DNA of 63,988 bases, filler included, from Octopus bimaculoides (lineage: Eukaryota): the NCBI RefSeq assembly GCF_001194135.2. It is 5 parts of 4 records of this genome, joined end to end, with 100 filler letters (N's around TTAATTAATTAA, not from the genome) between each part and the next. Parts side by side here need not be neighbours in the genome. Positions count along the whole stretch, not along the records: positions 1 to 20,191 come from NC_068983.1; 4 more parts are not named here. One strand, 5' to 3'. Below the pieces are notes generated by a model, which worked only from the letters and a program-made list of their open reading frames with translations, had not been told where the DNA came from and did no database searches. Position 1 is the first letter of the stretch; every line of letters starts with the position of its first letter. Of this stretch, positions 1 to 12,347 are shown one piece after another. A program made the position numbers and the translations under genes.

Positions 1-33
<33 letters not shown>

Positions 34-113
34 AAATTGCATATCCGTGCATGTGTGTGTGAGACAGACAGCCAGCCAGATAGGCGAACAGATAGAGACA
101 GTGAGAGAAAGGG

Positions 114-155
<42 letters not shown>
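1..155. repeat. (AG)n microsatellite tracts
   Basis: Two AG dinucleotide runs (1-28 and about 118-155). Confidence 0.95.
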
Positions 156-158
<3 letters not shown>

Positions 159-622
159 GAAGGAAGTTCTCAGTCTTTATTGACCAAACAAAACTATAAA
201 TCTCTTCTCATATTCATTGATTGCCGGGAAACATTAAGAGTCGGTGGGAGAGAACAGACAGGTGATACGTTATTCCGATGGGTTGGGAAAGAGAGGAGAC
301 ATTTATACAACTACTAAAATAACTAATGGATTTGCTCTTAACACGCCCTCTCTCTATCCCTATCTCTCTCCCTATCTCTCTATCTCTCTCTTGTATTCAT
401 CTTCATCGTTTTCTTTCCTTTTTTTCTTGTTTGTTTTTTCCTTTATTGCATTTGTTTATTTTTTTTCTTTAATATTTTCTTGTCAGATCACATTGCTACC
501 TAATTCACGTAATTGGCATCTATCCAGAAGTTAAATACCTGTACAAATATACTATGCACACGTGTGTTTTGTACGTGTGGGTGTGTGCGTAGATGTGTGC
601 GCATATGTTTATATATATAATA

Positions 623-663
<41 letters not shown>

Positions 664-711
664 GCACACGCACAGATATACATACATATGTATATATATT
701 CTATTTTTTTT

Positions 712-921
712 GTTCTTTTTCTTGTTTCAGTCATTCGACTGCGGCCATGCTGGAACACTACCTTAGAGGATCTTAGATGAACAAATCGACGAGAGGACTT
801 ATTCTAGCGGTTCCTTTGCCGAACCGCTAGGTTACGGGGACGTAAACACACCAGCATCGGTAGTCAAGCGATTGCGGGAGTGGGGAGACAACACAGTTGC
901 GAAGACACACACATACACAAA
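712..921 (-). mobile_element. SINE family A (tRNA head / internal microsatellite / conserved tail), tail portion
   Basis: CTTGTTTCAGTCATTCGACTGCGGCCATGCTGG...GGGGACGTAAACACACCAGCATCGG, a module recurring about 20 times in the window. Confidence 0.85.
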
Positions 922-931
922 NNNNNNNNNN

Positions 932-999
<68 letters not shown>

Positions 1000-1096
1000 T
1001 TGGTTTTTGTATTTGGTTTTCAAGATTCTTGATGTGAATTCGTATGTTTAAACAAATCTTGTGTCACTTCTTTGTTAGCCAATCGGTTAGATAGGG

Positions 1097-1132
1097 AATA
1101 TTTAACCGACTGACTAACAATAAAGAAGTGGA
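1097..1132. mobile_element. Remnant TIR of the fold-back MITE family seen at 5921-6485
   Basis: AATATTTAACCGACTGACTAACAATAAAGAAGTGGA is nearly the exact reverse complement of the left TIR core at about 5962-5998. Confidence 0.7.
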
Positions 1133-1344
1133 GTGTAAAAGTAGGAAAAATTATATCATAAAAATCACAGTAGAGATACATCCGTAATATAAGCAATAGT
1201 GTATTAATAAATAAATATATAAAGTATAACTATGATTATCTAAAAAAATAAAAAGATTTTGAGAGATCATACGATCGTTTCATGAATACACTGCTTTTCG
1301 AAATGAAATCCATAGTTGATAAGCATTATTAGGAAGTATATCCA

Positions 1345-2614
1345 CTCGTCAGAGAAAAGGATGAATTTCAGTGTAGTAAATCGAATGATAGAAATGCTGT
1401 TTAAAATCGTATGAATACAAGAAACAGGATCGAAGTTATAAATACTTCAGCCATACCAGTCGTGACTTACAGTTTCAATATCATAAACTGGTCAATTAAT
1501 GAAATATGTAATCTTGAAAGGAAATACGAAAATTGTTGACAATGCATAGAATGCAACACCCTAAGGCAGATACAGAACGACTTTACCTGCCAAGAAAAGA
1601 CGGTGGCCGTGGACTTTTATAACTGGAATTAACAACGAAGATTGATGCAATTTGCTTAAACGCCTACCTGAAAGACTCTGATGACTGGATGCTAAATTAT
1701 GTCTTAAAGCATGAAAACAAGAAAGCATCATACTTAGTAACAAAACAGGCAAAAGAATATCTAAGTGAATTTCAAATACAACAAATCCCAGAATTAGACG
1801 TACTGGAAACAAGCACAGAAAAAGCTAAGCGCATGAAAACTCGCTGCCTTAGATATTCTTACTGATAAATGGCAAGAAAAACCTCTCAATGGCAAATCTC
1901 AAAGAGAGCTAATAGTGTCGATGTTGACAAAGCCCTTACCCATCAATGGTTAGTGTCTTCTGGCTTAATATCAGAAACCGAAGGATTTATCACAGCAGCC
2001 CAAGATCAACGCCTACCTACAAGAAACTATCAGACCAATATATTAAAGAACGGCAGTAGCCGAACACGTCGTGTATGTAAACAACAAAATGAAACTTTTG
2101 ATCATGTTGTCTCCATGTGCAGTCTTTTTGCGCCTACAGAGTATCTCAACAGGCATGATAGAGCAGCACAATATATTCACTGAGTAATTTGCAAAAGTCT
2201 GGACTTGCCCCATGATAAAAACTGGTGGAAACACAAACCACCTCCAGTGCTTGGAAAGGATCACATCTCACCTCTGGAACTTCACCATTCAAACTGACAG
2301 AAAGATATATGTGAATAGGCCAGACATTATATATTGAAAGACCTCAGACAAAAATCATGCATCCTCATTGATATGACTGTTCCAATCGATATAAACGTAT
2401 CTGTGAAGACCTACCAAAATCTGAGCAAGCACAAAGATCTTGAAATATAGTTTTCTTATGTTTTCTCAAACATTCTCTAGAACAACACTATGTACAAAAC
2501 CAAATATATGGCACCCTAGGCATAATACCAACTTGAACTTCTAACTTGCTGTCTCGTGAGGTCTCTTGGTGAGACATGGAGTCAACTTGTACACATATAA
2601 AGCAAAAGTCAGAC

Positions 2615-2616
<2 letters not shown>
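1345..2616 (+). mobile_element. R4/Dong-type (RLE) non-LTR retrotransposon, 5'-truncated and decayed, with 3' UTR
   Basis: Interrupted frames read HPKADTERLYLPRKDGGRGL, ETEGFITAAQDQRLPTRNY, a degenerate zinc knuckle (VCKQQNETFDHVVSMC), RHD and RPDII..LIDMTVP (restriction-like endonuclease). Ends in a (TAA)n tail. Confidence 0.9.

Positions 2617-2674
<58 letters not shown>
2617..2674 (+). repeat. (TAA)n array, tail/target of R4/Dong elements
   Basis: TAA run between two RLE-LINE fragments. Confidence 0.95.
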
Positions 2675-2675
<1 letters not shown>

Positions 2676-3042
2676 GTTAGATTAATATTGAAAACAGAGC
2701 TCAATGCGAAAAACAAGATAATAGGTATCAACTCTCTAGCCATCCCGGTTATAAGTTACAGCTATATCCTTAACTGGACACTAAATGTACTAATCAAAAA
2801 TAGACAGGAAAATGAGAAAAATAACGACAGGATTTAGGATGCATCACCTAAAACCTGACATAGAAAGGTTATATATACAATGTATCGAAGGTGATAGAGG
2901 CCTTATACAGCTAGAAAACTATTACAAAATAACCACCATAGGATTACAGAAATAACTACTTCAGAAGCAAGGGAAATTTATGCAAATAGCCACAAAACAC
3001 GAACAAAACAAAATGTGAAAGCACATGATAAAAATAAGACTA

Positions 3043-3046
<4 letters not shown>
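2675..3046 (+). mobile_element. R4/Dong-type LINE fragment (RT thumb region)
   Basis: Reads LKTELNAKNKIIGINSLAIPVISYSY..RKMRK..MHHLKPDIERLY..RGLIQLE with frameshifts. Flanked by (TAA)n on both sides. Confidence 0.85.
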
Positions 3047-3098
<52 letters not shown>

Positions 3099-3107
3099 CA
3101 ACAACAA

Positions 3108-3330
3108 TAATGGTTTCAAATTTTTCCGCAAGGGCAGCCATTTTGGGGGACGGGATGAGTCCATTACATCGAATCCAGTATTTCACTGGTACTTAATTTA
3201 CCGACCCCGAAAGGATGAAATGCAAAGCAAAGTTGACCTCGTCAGAATTTGAACTCAGAACGTAAAGACGGACTATATGGTGTTAAGCGTTTAGCCCGGC
3301 ATGCTAACGATTCTACCAGCTCACCGCCTT
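3108..3330 (-). mobile_element. SINE family B (tRNA-like head, central TTTCATCCTTTCGGGGTCG domain, (TTA)n tail)
   Basis: Minus strand starts GGCGGTGAGCTGGTAGAATCGTTAG and has the B-box-like GAGTTCAAATTC. About 12 copies in the window. Confidence 0.85.
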
Positions 3331-3331
3331 C

Positions 3332-3388
<57 letters not shown>

Positions 3389-3615
3389 CCTTTCTACTAA
3401 AGGCACAAGGCCTGAAATTTATGAGGAAGGGTTAAGTCGATCACATCGACCCCCACACCACCACCACCACCACTAGTACTTGACTGGTTTTTAATTTATC
3501 GATCCCGAAAGGATGAAGGGCAAAGTCGACCTCGGCGGAATTTGAACTCAAAACATAGCGACGGGTGAAATACCGTTAAGCATTTTGCCCGGCGTTCTGA
3601 CGGTTCTGCCGGCAC
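3389..3615 (-). mobile_element. SINE family B, tandem copy
   Basis: Same head and central domain. Its (TTA)n tail (3332-3388) abuts the head of the preceding copy. Confidence 0.85.
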
Positions 3616-3617
3616 GC

Positions 3618-3687
<70 letters not shown>

Positions 3688-3697
3688 GGTGGTGGTC

Positions 3698-3729
<32 letters not shown>

Positions 3730-4802
3730 AGTGATGATATATTTGTTGTGATCAACCTGACCATCTAGTCCCAGGCACCACCATCTCCATTCCTTAGAAA
3801 ATGTATATATACCAATTTCCAATTTTAATTTGTATTGAAGTTTGTTTACTCTCACACATGGCCAATTAAGCAATTAGGTAATTAGGTAAGTAGGTCATTC
3901 CTTCTAACTTCCTTCCCTTTGAACAACTTTTTCTGCAATCCTATCGAGACTGATTCCCTCTTGTATTTCCAAACAACTTTAAAGTATCAGACATCACAAA
4001 TGTCTTCTAGTATCAGTTGTTTATTATTTCTTTTGCAATCCACCTATTTCGTATTCCTGGAACCTTACTAATTCTTGGCTTATTTTCATATGTACTACAG
4101 CAATCTGGATATCATACTTAAACTTGATACATCGTTGGGAAACTAATTAATTATGGTATTCGTCCCGAGATGGCATCTCGTATAGACATACATTGTTAAA
4201 AATGAAAAGAAAGACATATATCAGGGGCAGAGGAAAATCTTCCAGCAGCAGCGGTGGTCTTGCTAAAACATGTATTTCTGTTTCTCTGGGCCTTTGTGCA
4301 GTAAATATCCACAAGCAACTGCATGTTAAGACAAAAACAGCCTCTAACGCTATAATTAAACAGTGATTGAAAACTACGAAACCGGTTAGGTCATTGTAAT
4401 TAAATTTGCTGAAAGTTTCTTTAGAATTTCTTACTCACCACACACCCTGGTTTGTATGTATGTGTGTGTGTGAGTTAATTTTCACCAGCCACCTGCTTGG
4501 TAGCAAGGTTGATCGCCATTCTTTAAATCTTAAAAAGCTGATCATTTGTAGTATTATTAAGGAAATGCATTCCCTCCCCAAGAACCCACGTTTAGCTGCA
4601 CTTTACTCTCGGCTGGTTTGTTCGAATCTTGTGACTGCAATAATAATGAGTGTGAAACTGAGGGTTTGTCATCGATACTGGATTTGTAGATTCTTTACCA
4701 ATGATCCATAGACGCTGATGTCCAGAAGGCTGCTGCTTTCTACAACAGAGCATATTTCTTTCTTATATGTATATGTAAGTAAGTATGTATGTATGTATGT
4801 GT

Positions 4803-5090
4803 GGAGGCGCAATGGCCCAGTGGTTAGGGAAGCGGACTCGCGGTCGGAGGATCGCGGTTTTGATTCCCAGACCGGGCGTTGTGTGTGTTTATTGAGCGAC
4901 AACACCTAAAGCCCCACGAGGCTCCGGCGGGGGATGATGGCGACCCATGTTGTACTCTTTGACCCCAATTTTCTCTCACTCTTTCTTCCTGTTTCTTGGG
5001 GGAAACACATACACCATAGAAACTGGGAAACCGAGCCCATGAGCCTGGCTAAGCTTTAAAAGAGCGCATAATAAAATTTAAAAAAAAAAT
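4803..5090 (+). mobile_element. tRNA-derived SINE family C, near full length
   Basis: A box TGGCCCAGTGG, decayed B box GGTTTTGATTCC, A-rich 3' end. Confidence 0.8.
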
Positions 5091-5276
5091 GTATGTATGT
5101 ATGCATGTATGTATGTAAGTATGCATGTATGTATGTATGTATGTATGTATGTATGTGTGTATGCATGCCTGAATGCATACATGTATGCGTGTATGTATGC
5201 GTGTATGTATGTGTGTATGTATGCATGTACGTATGTACGTATGTATGTATATGTGTATGCGTGTATGCATGTATGT

Positions 5277-5860
5277 ATGCGGATTTCAGGAAGCATGGAA
5301 GTTTTGGAGGATGTAGTGTCCCAACAGCTAACAACTGATGCAGGTAATTTGTTCCATGCTTCAGCAAATCTGAGCATGAAAAAACGTTTTCGAAAGTCAT
5401 GGGTGCTGTGTTGTTTTTTTGATTTTGTAAGGATGTCCACGAGTGTTTGACATATGGAATTCAAAAAGATACCCAAGATTGTTGTTGGAAAGATGATAGA
5501 TAATCTTGTGGATGTCTACCAGGTCAGTTTCTAGACATCTAAGCTTTAATGTGTACATACCCAAGGAAGCAAGACGTGCAGAATATGGTAGACGTCTGAC
5601 GGCGGGTATTTGGTCTGTTGCACGTTTCTGAACAGTTTCCAGGAGATTGATACGCTGAGCATGATAGGGGCTCCAGATTGGTGTGTGACCGTACCATAGT
5701 CATATACACTTGAAATTGATAGATGGAGACAGGTTGACAAATATCTTACTGAATGATGCTAAGACATCCTCGGCCCTCTCGATAATCTTTGAGATGGGGA
5801 TCGTCCAGCGCAGATCGCTGTTGATTACAATATCCGTGTCACGTTCTTCTTACAATTATA
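5277..5860 (-). mobile_element. CR1/L2-clade LINE 3' fragment
   Basis: Minus frame HDFRKRFFMLRFAEAWNKLPASVV matches the typical CR1/L2 C-terminus. An (ATAC)n tail follows at about 5090-5276. Confidence 0.85.
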
Positions 5861-5920
5861 GCATTTCAACAACTCCTGAGTTAACTCCCTTCCCATTTCA
5901 GTTGGAGTTCTGTCTTGGAA

Positions 5921-6485
5921 GAGTCATTTCGTCAAAAATAATAACACATGCACAGATTCAATTCCACTTCTTTATTGTTAGTCAGTTGGTTAAATATCTT
6001 ACCAACTAACAAATCGATTGGAGAGTATTATGGTTCGCTTGAAGCATTGTGTATTGTTTGTAAAGAATAAAAAGTTTTGAATGGTACAATAATGCGCTAT
6101 AATACAAAAAACGTGACTATATACCTGTTGTAATGTAGTTATCTATAGTCCGATTGTATTTTGGAATGCAATTCCGAAATATCATCGGACTATAGATAAC
6201 TAAATTGCAACAAGTATATAGTCCACTTTTTGTATTATAGTGCATTGTTGTACCATCAAAACTTTTTATTCTTTACTATAAATCGATTGTTTATTTAACG
6301 CGTTGGTTAAACAAGCGATCGGTTGTTTGTTAGTCAAAATTCTTTCATCGTTGTTCGCGATCGATCGTTTAATCAACACATTAAACAAACGGTCAGTTTA
6401 TTAGTCAGTTAAATATTCAACCAATTAACTAACAATAGAGAAGTGGAATTGAATCGATGCGTGTGTTATTGGTGAAATGACACTC
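5921..6485. mobile_element. Fold-back MITE: ~75 bp outer TIRs plus an inner ~107 bp-arm palindrome
   Basis: 5921-5997 pairs with 6413-6485. 6060-6167 pairs with 6171-6276 around a GCA loop. Confidence 0.85.
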
Positions 6486-6609
6486 CTACGACACAAATTT
6501 ATTTTCAACACGTATTATTATCAAGAATTATGCAAACCAAATTCAAACATCGTTTGAGTTGCTTCCCTTGGGATCTTTAAAGGAATCAGCTCTTCCAGAG
6601 TTTCTTCCC

Positions 6610-6790
6610 TTGTAATTATTTATTTTCTTAAAAATCTTTTTGGTGTCCATTCTCATTTACCGTTTTGTTTTCCTGCAAATCTATTTTCCAAGCCATGACA
6701 GCGACTATTGGATCGCTACTCTCAGAAAATCTCCTTCCTTTAATCGGTTGTAAGAGTTTATTTTTCATTGCAGCAGTGATATCGGCATGT
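6610..6790 (-). mobile_element. Possible mariner transposase C-terminal remnant
   Basis: KLLQPIKGRRFSES..AVMAW..ENGHQK resembles the mariner pattern LKGRRF..EV..AV..W..FYENGIQKL. Confidence 0.4.
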
Positions 6791-7267
6791 GGTTGGTATC
6801 GCATCACCCTCCCCCTCTCTCNNNNNNNNNNNNNNNNNNNNNNNNNNNNNNNNNATATATATATATATATATATATATAAACATACAAACACTTACATAC
6901 ATACATACATACATATAAGAATGCATTATGTATATACATACCTATTCACTATATATGTGTATTTATATGTATCTATCTGTTATACACACTCCACACGCCC
7001 ACACACATATATGCATACATGTATGTGTGTGCGGTGGGAGTTGGTGTGTATAGATTCATGTATAAATGGCAATTTTGTATTTTCCTATACCGAGTAATAT
7101 TTCCTTTTCCGGTTGCCATTGATTGAATATAATAGTTCGTTTTCCCCATTTTAAACTGTTCTTTTGTTTATGTCGGGGAGGGAGTATGAAAGAAGAAGTT
7201 TTGTTGTTTCCTGTGATGCAGAGTATAAAAGTTCGAATTTAGCTAAAGTTTAATATTTTGCATTATA

Positions 7268-7670
7268 GCAACTCTTTTACTCTTTTACTCTTTTACTTGT
7301 TTCAATCATTTGACTGTGGCCACGCTGGAGCACCGCCTTTAATCGAGCAAATCAAGCCCAGGACTTATTCTTTGTAAGCCTAGTACTTGTCCTATCATTA
7401 TATTTTGCCGAACCGCTAGAATTCGGGGACATAAACACAAAAACAACGGTTGTCAAGCGATGGTGGGGGGACAAACACAAACACACATACAAATACACAC
7501 ACACACACACACACACGACGGGCTTCTTTCAGTTTCTGTCAACCAAATCCACTCACAAGACTTTGGTCGGCCCGAGGCTATAATAGAAGACACTGGCCCA
7601 AGGTGTCATGTAATGGGACTGAACCCAGAACCATGCGATTGGGAAGTAAGCTTCTTACCACGCAGCTACA
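7268..7670 (-). mobile_element. SINE family A, full length with internal (CA)n
   Basis: Head 7517-7670 (minus-strand B-box-like GGTTCAGTCCC), (CA)n 7475-7516, tail 7268-7475. Confidence 0.9.
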
Positions 7671-7841
7671 TGGTTTTATTGATATATGACGTTATCATAT
7701 TACAATATACACCTTAAGTCTGTGCATTTACCAATACAAACNNNNNNNNNNNNNNNNNNNNNNNNNNNNNNNNNNNNNNNNNNNNNNNNNNNNNNNNNNN
7801 NNNNNNNNNNNNNNNNNNNNNNNNNNNNNNNNNNNNNNNNN

Positions 7842-7888
<47 letters not shown>

Positions 7889-8389
7889 ACTCTAATTTAT
7901 TGTTTATGTAGAGATCGTTGATGTAATTAGGATGGTGTGACAGCAGCATATCTGGGATTGAAGATTTTGCTACCCAACTCACTTTTCCTATTAAGTCTGG
8001 GTATGTTTTCTCGTGTGGTAACCTATCTGTCGTTGTAAGGATCTTTGGGTGTTTAGATTTAATTTATGCACCCACATTGCTCATCAACGCCCTAGTCATT
8101 TAATTGCAATTCTCGTTCGCTTATCAAATGACATACAAATGCTTTTGTGCATCGCACGGCTTTCAAATTGTTGGCAGACTTTCTAGTCTTTTACCAAATG
8201 AGTTTTTACAAACAAACAACCACTGTTGAGTTATCGTATGCGACGTTCCTTCAAACGTGATGTCAGATGACGAGACGATATTCGCGGCCATTTTGTCTAT
8301 AACTCCATTTTTCCCACAGATATAAATTATCTTCCCGCACCGCTTATGTTTACTTATTTCATTTATACAATAGACACAGAATATTCCTT

Positions 8390-8600
8390 TCTTCTCTTGG
8401 CACAATGCCAGCAGATTTGAGAGGGTGGGAAAGTCGATTACACCGAACATAGTACTTGACAAATATTCCATTTTATCGAGCCCGAAAGGATGAAAGGCCA
8501 AGTTGAACTCGGCGGAATTTGAACTCAGAATGTAAAGAGCAGACGAAATGCCGCTAGGCATTTTGTCCGGCGTGCTAACGATTTTGTCAGCTCACCGCCT
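8390..8600 (-). mobile_element. SINE family B
   Basis: Contains CCCGAAAGGATGAAAGGC...GGAATTTGAACTCAGAA...CAGCTCACCGCC. Confidence 0.85.
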
Positions 8601-8778
8601 TACAGCAGTTACAGGATGATAAAGATTAAAACACAGAAAAGCTTCCGGTCATTTGGTGCCACGAAATGACCAATTTTGGTGGTATTTCTGTCAATTACAT
8701 CTTGTTTCAGTCATTTGACTGCGGCCATGTTGGGGCACCACCTTGAGGGGTTTTAGTCGATCAAATCCCCGACCCAAG

Positions 8779-8839
<61 letters not shown>

Positions 8840-8840
<1 letters not shown>

Positions 8841-9168
8841 TTCTGTTTATCACAGATTTTGTTGGAGCTCCTGGAGTCTAGCATGCATAGAAGGTTTACT
8901 ACCTGTAGCCTATGGTACCATGTTATTCGTTATTTTCAGCTATCTAATACTTTCCTGATTACTCTGGCCGTGCCAAGGAAGCAAACCTTTTGTAACGGTT
9001 CTACTGGGCACTCTGTTCCAATTTCCTTTATATTTCTCTTGATGCCTTCTGATACTGTTCCCAAGGACCCAACAATGATTGGCACTATCTTCTCCTTCTT
9101 CATTTTCCATAGCCGGGTTACTTCGTACATAAGAGGGTTGTACCTATTTTCGTATTTAAGAGGGTTGT
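8840..9168 (-). mobile_element. R4/Dong-type LINE 3' end
   Basis: YEVTRLWKMKKEKIVPIIVGSLG...LQKVCFLGTARVIRKVLDS stop, short 3' UTR, then an (AAT)n tail on the minus strand. Confidence 0.9.
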
Positions 9169-9170
9169 TA

Positions 9171-9238
<68 letters not shown>

Positions 9239-9239
9239 G

Positions 9240-9898
9240 AGTGAGAGAGCAGTGCATGCCATCAAAGTGGCACTGGGGTAAAATATACGATGCCCAATCC
9301 TGACTACCCGTCTGATAAGGGTACACAAGGCACATGCATCACAACCATATGTACGCGACATGGTGATCTCATANNNNNNNNNNGCACTGGGGTAAAATAT
9401 ACGATGCCCAATCCTGACTACCCGTCTGGTAAGGGTACACAAGGCACATGCATCACAACCATATGTACGCGACATGGTGATCTCATATCAAGATAAACAG
9501 CGCATGACCTCGCAGGTGGGGCCCAGTTAGAATTTTCTTCAGGTTGAGTAGCCCATCCTGCTGAAAAGGTCCCTGAATAAAGTTTGTTTAAGGATGTTGA
9601 GCAAAACAGCCATGTTTCCAAAGGTGAATTATTCAAACCCCAAAGAATTCCTCTCAACACATAGCTATGATGCTCTCCCACTACTTCTGCCCATGATCAG
9701 AGATGCACATATCTTCAGCCACTAAGGGACATGCTCAACTGGTTAAGGTCAAACAACTGACAAGCAAATCTGTGGTACTGAGCAGAATTAAAGCTGTAGC
9801 CCATCTTTTATACCAAGACAAAACAATGTACATGATAACACTTCCAATCAATTAAGATCAGAAGCCATGAGAGCCACTGCCTGGTACTGCATCCGGGC

Positions 9899-9900
<2 letters not shown>
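9240..9900 (-). mobile_element. Unclassified ~560 bp non-coding element flanked by (TAA)n on both sides
   Basis: Sharp boundaries against TAA arrays. No tRNA boxes and no transposon ORF. 9270-9373 is duplicated across a gap (artefact). Confidence 0.6.
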
Positions 9901-9953
<53 letters not shown>

Positions 9954-10446
9954 GTAAAGCCTGGGAGATATTTTGTCATCGTCTTTTGCCGAATCGCTAG
10001 GTCTCGGAGACTTAAACACACCAACACCGGTTGTCAAACGGTTGTGGGTCACACACACAGACACATACATACATACATACATACATACATACATACACAG
10101 GATGGGCTTCTTTCAGTTTTCGTCTACCAGAATCACTCACAAGGCTTTGGTCGGCCCGAGGATATGATAGAAGACACTTGTACAAGGTGCCACGCAGTGG
10201 GACTGAACCCGGAACCATGTAATTAGGAAGCAACAAAACTAGATTAATTAGATACTTCTTTTAAAGACCCATACATTCGTGAGTTATGAGCTGTCAAAAA
10301 TTTCTACCGAAAATCCTAAACGTTTAATCTTCTGAACAAGTTATGGATGCTATTTTGAACACCCGCATTCTTCTGATGCATTTATGCCAAACAGTGTTAT
10401 TCCCCTTTAACCATTCATTCCGTTATAGATTTTATCCTTCTACCTG

Positions 10447-10520
10447 TTAAACTCGTGTTTTTCAACAGGAGTTCCCCGGAACCCTAGGGTTCCGCAAAAG
10501 GTTCCTAGGGGCTCCTTGAA
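10447..10520. mobile_element. hAT/Charlie-like MITE left end
   Basis: CGTGTTTTTCAAC followed by GGAACCCTAGGGTTCC. A matching right-end motif occurs at 11560-11633. Confidence 0.55.
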
Positions 10521-10650
10521 AAAGACCGAGATAAGCTAATGCTAATTTCATAATCGTAATATTACTATACATGCACAGCATATTATTGGTTATTGTAATC
10601 TTGTAATATAGACATCATCCTATCAAACTTATTATCAAAGAATATAACAA

Positions 10651-10699
<49 letters not shown>

Positions 10700-11427
10700 T
10701 AAATTATAGGGTAGCAAAAAAAATTTTAGAAATTTTATTTACCACCAGTGGTCTAGCGAGAGTAAAAAAAACAGTCAATAGACTATGTATTATGGTTATT
10801 TAAAATGCAGAGATGCCTATAATAGGACATCTACTCGCTAGAAATAGCAGCAAAAGACTACATACCACAAAAATTAGGGATAATTTCGAAAGGAAATGAA
10901 AAATAAAAACTTTTACCAATCTATATTCTGTACCATGGTTTCAAGTCAATTTTAGTAAGATAAAGATTATATCTTACAAGGTCGGACTATCGTCAGCAGA
11001 AATGACCAGACAACATATGAAGCACGAGTCAATACGCAGCATGGTTCGTGTTCCTATGTCTAATTTTTCANNNNNNNNNNNNNNNNNNNNNNNNNNNNNN
11101 NNNNNNNNNNNNNNNNNNNNNNNNNNNNNNNNNNNNNNNNNNNNNNNNNNNNNNNNNNNNNNNNNNNNNNNNNNNNNNNNNNNNNNNNNNNNNNNNNNNN
11201 NNNNNNNNNNNNNNNNNNNNNNNNNNNNNNNNNNNNNNNNNNNNNNNNNNNNNNNNNNNNNNNNNNNNNNNNNNNNNNNNNNNNNNNNNNNNNNNNNNNN
11301 NNNNNNNNNNNNNNNNNNNNNNNNNNNNNNNNNNNNNNNNNNNNNNNNNNNNNNNNNNNNNNNNNNNNNNNNNNNNNNNNNNNNNNNNNNNNNNNNNNNN
11401 NNNNNNNNNNNNNNNNNNNNNNNNNNN

Positions 11428-11499
<72 letters not shown>

Positions 11500-11559
11500 T
11501 GATATTTACTACGTGAACTACGATCAAAAATATATGAGAAGGATATGGCATATTATTTT

Positions 11560-11633
11560 TTGGTGCCGGGGTTCCTTGAGACATGTAATTTATTTTAAGG
11601 GTTATGGAAGGGTAAAAAGGTTGAGAAACACTG
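11560..11633. mobile_element. hAT/Charlie-like MITE right end
   Basis: Ends AAAAAGGTTGAGAAACACTG (reverse complement CAGTGTTTCTCAAC, a typical hAT TIR). Confidence 0.6.
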
Positions 11634-11759
11634 TTCCAGCCCAGTGGTCTTTTGTATCTCTTACTGGTTTCTGTAATTAGACGGTGACCAAACTGACGCA
11701 CCGCACTATTAAAGGGTTTCGTTGAACAAATCAGCCCCAGTTTTTTATATCATATTTTG

Positions 11760-12347
11760 CTGCTTTTCCTGCGTTTCTGTCCCTTATGTGCATCAGGATT
11801 TTCGTTGATGTTTCCTGTTCCTGGAATGCAAACGCATACCATTCAAAGTGGGGTTTAGTAACCCAGTTGTTGGTTTATGATAGACTACTTTGATGATCAA
11901 TGTTACTATCATCACGAAGCTTTCTACTAACATATCTATGCGTGGTCTTCTGCTCATCCTTTTATCTGATGATACATTGCGGTAGAGTCGTACGACTTCT
12001 TTGGGCTTATACTTAAGTTTATCAGACAAGGAATGCTGCTCAAGAAGCTGCTTTCCAAGTCTCATGATGTTCCCACATATATGCAAACTTGGTCAAGGGA
12101 TGCATTTCGGCTCTTGATGGTTAAAAGATGTTGCCGAAGGAATATACGACATTCAAAGGCAGTCTGGACTGATGTTAAGCCTTTGCCCCCNNNNNNNNNN
12201 AATATACGACATTCAAAGGCAGTCTGGACTGATGTTAAGCCTTTGCCCCCCCTTGTTCTCGTTTTAGGAAGAGGCGGTCTACGTCACTTTTGATGTGGAA
12301 ATTATGTGCGCTAGTTAGTATCCTCCGGGTTTTCACATTAATGGCTC
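11760..12347 (-). mobile_element. R4/Dong-type LINE, post-RT segment
   Basis: Minus frame INVKTRRILTSAHNFHIKSDVDRLFLKREQGG..LTSVQTAFECRI. Confidence 0.85.

Larger units (their letters stand above)
8700..10235 (-). mobile_element. SINE family A split by a (TTA)n array carrying two nested elements
   Basis: Tail half 8700-8780 and remainder 9953-10235 are contiguous in the family consensus (…GACCCCAGGACTTATT|CTTTGTAAGCC…). Confidence 0.8.

Noticed and set aside
8270-8310. YY1-like AAAATGGCCGC motif on the minus strand as a promoter
   Set aside because: An isolated motif with no CpG-rich context and no downstream gene or element I could identify.
9270-9486. ~100 bp tandem duplication
   Set aside because: The copies flank a short N gap, indicating unmerged overlapping contig ends. 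The same pattern occurs at 12141-12250, 30072-30220 and 33243-33514.
9840-9900. HDV-like ribozyme at the end of the TAA-flanked element
   Set aside because: A P4-like hairpin is present, but I found no P1 partner, no L3 consensus and no catalytic C in either orientation.
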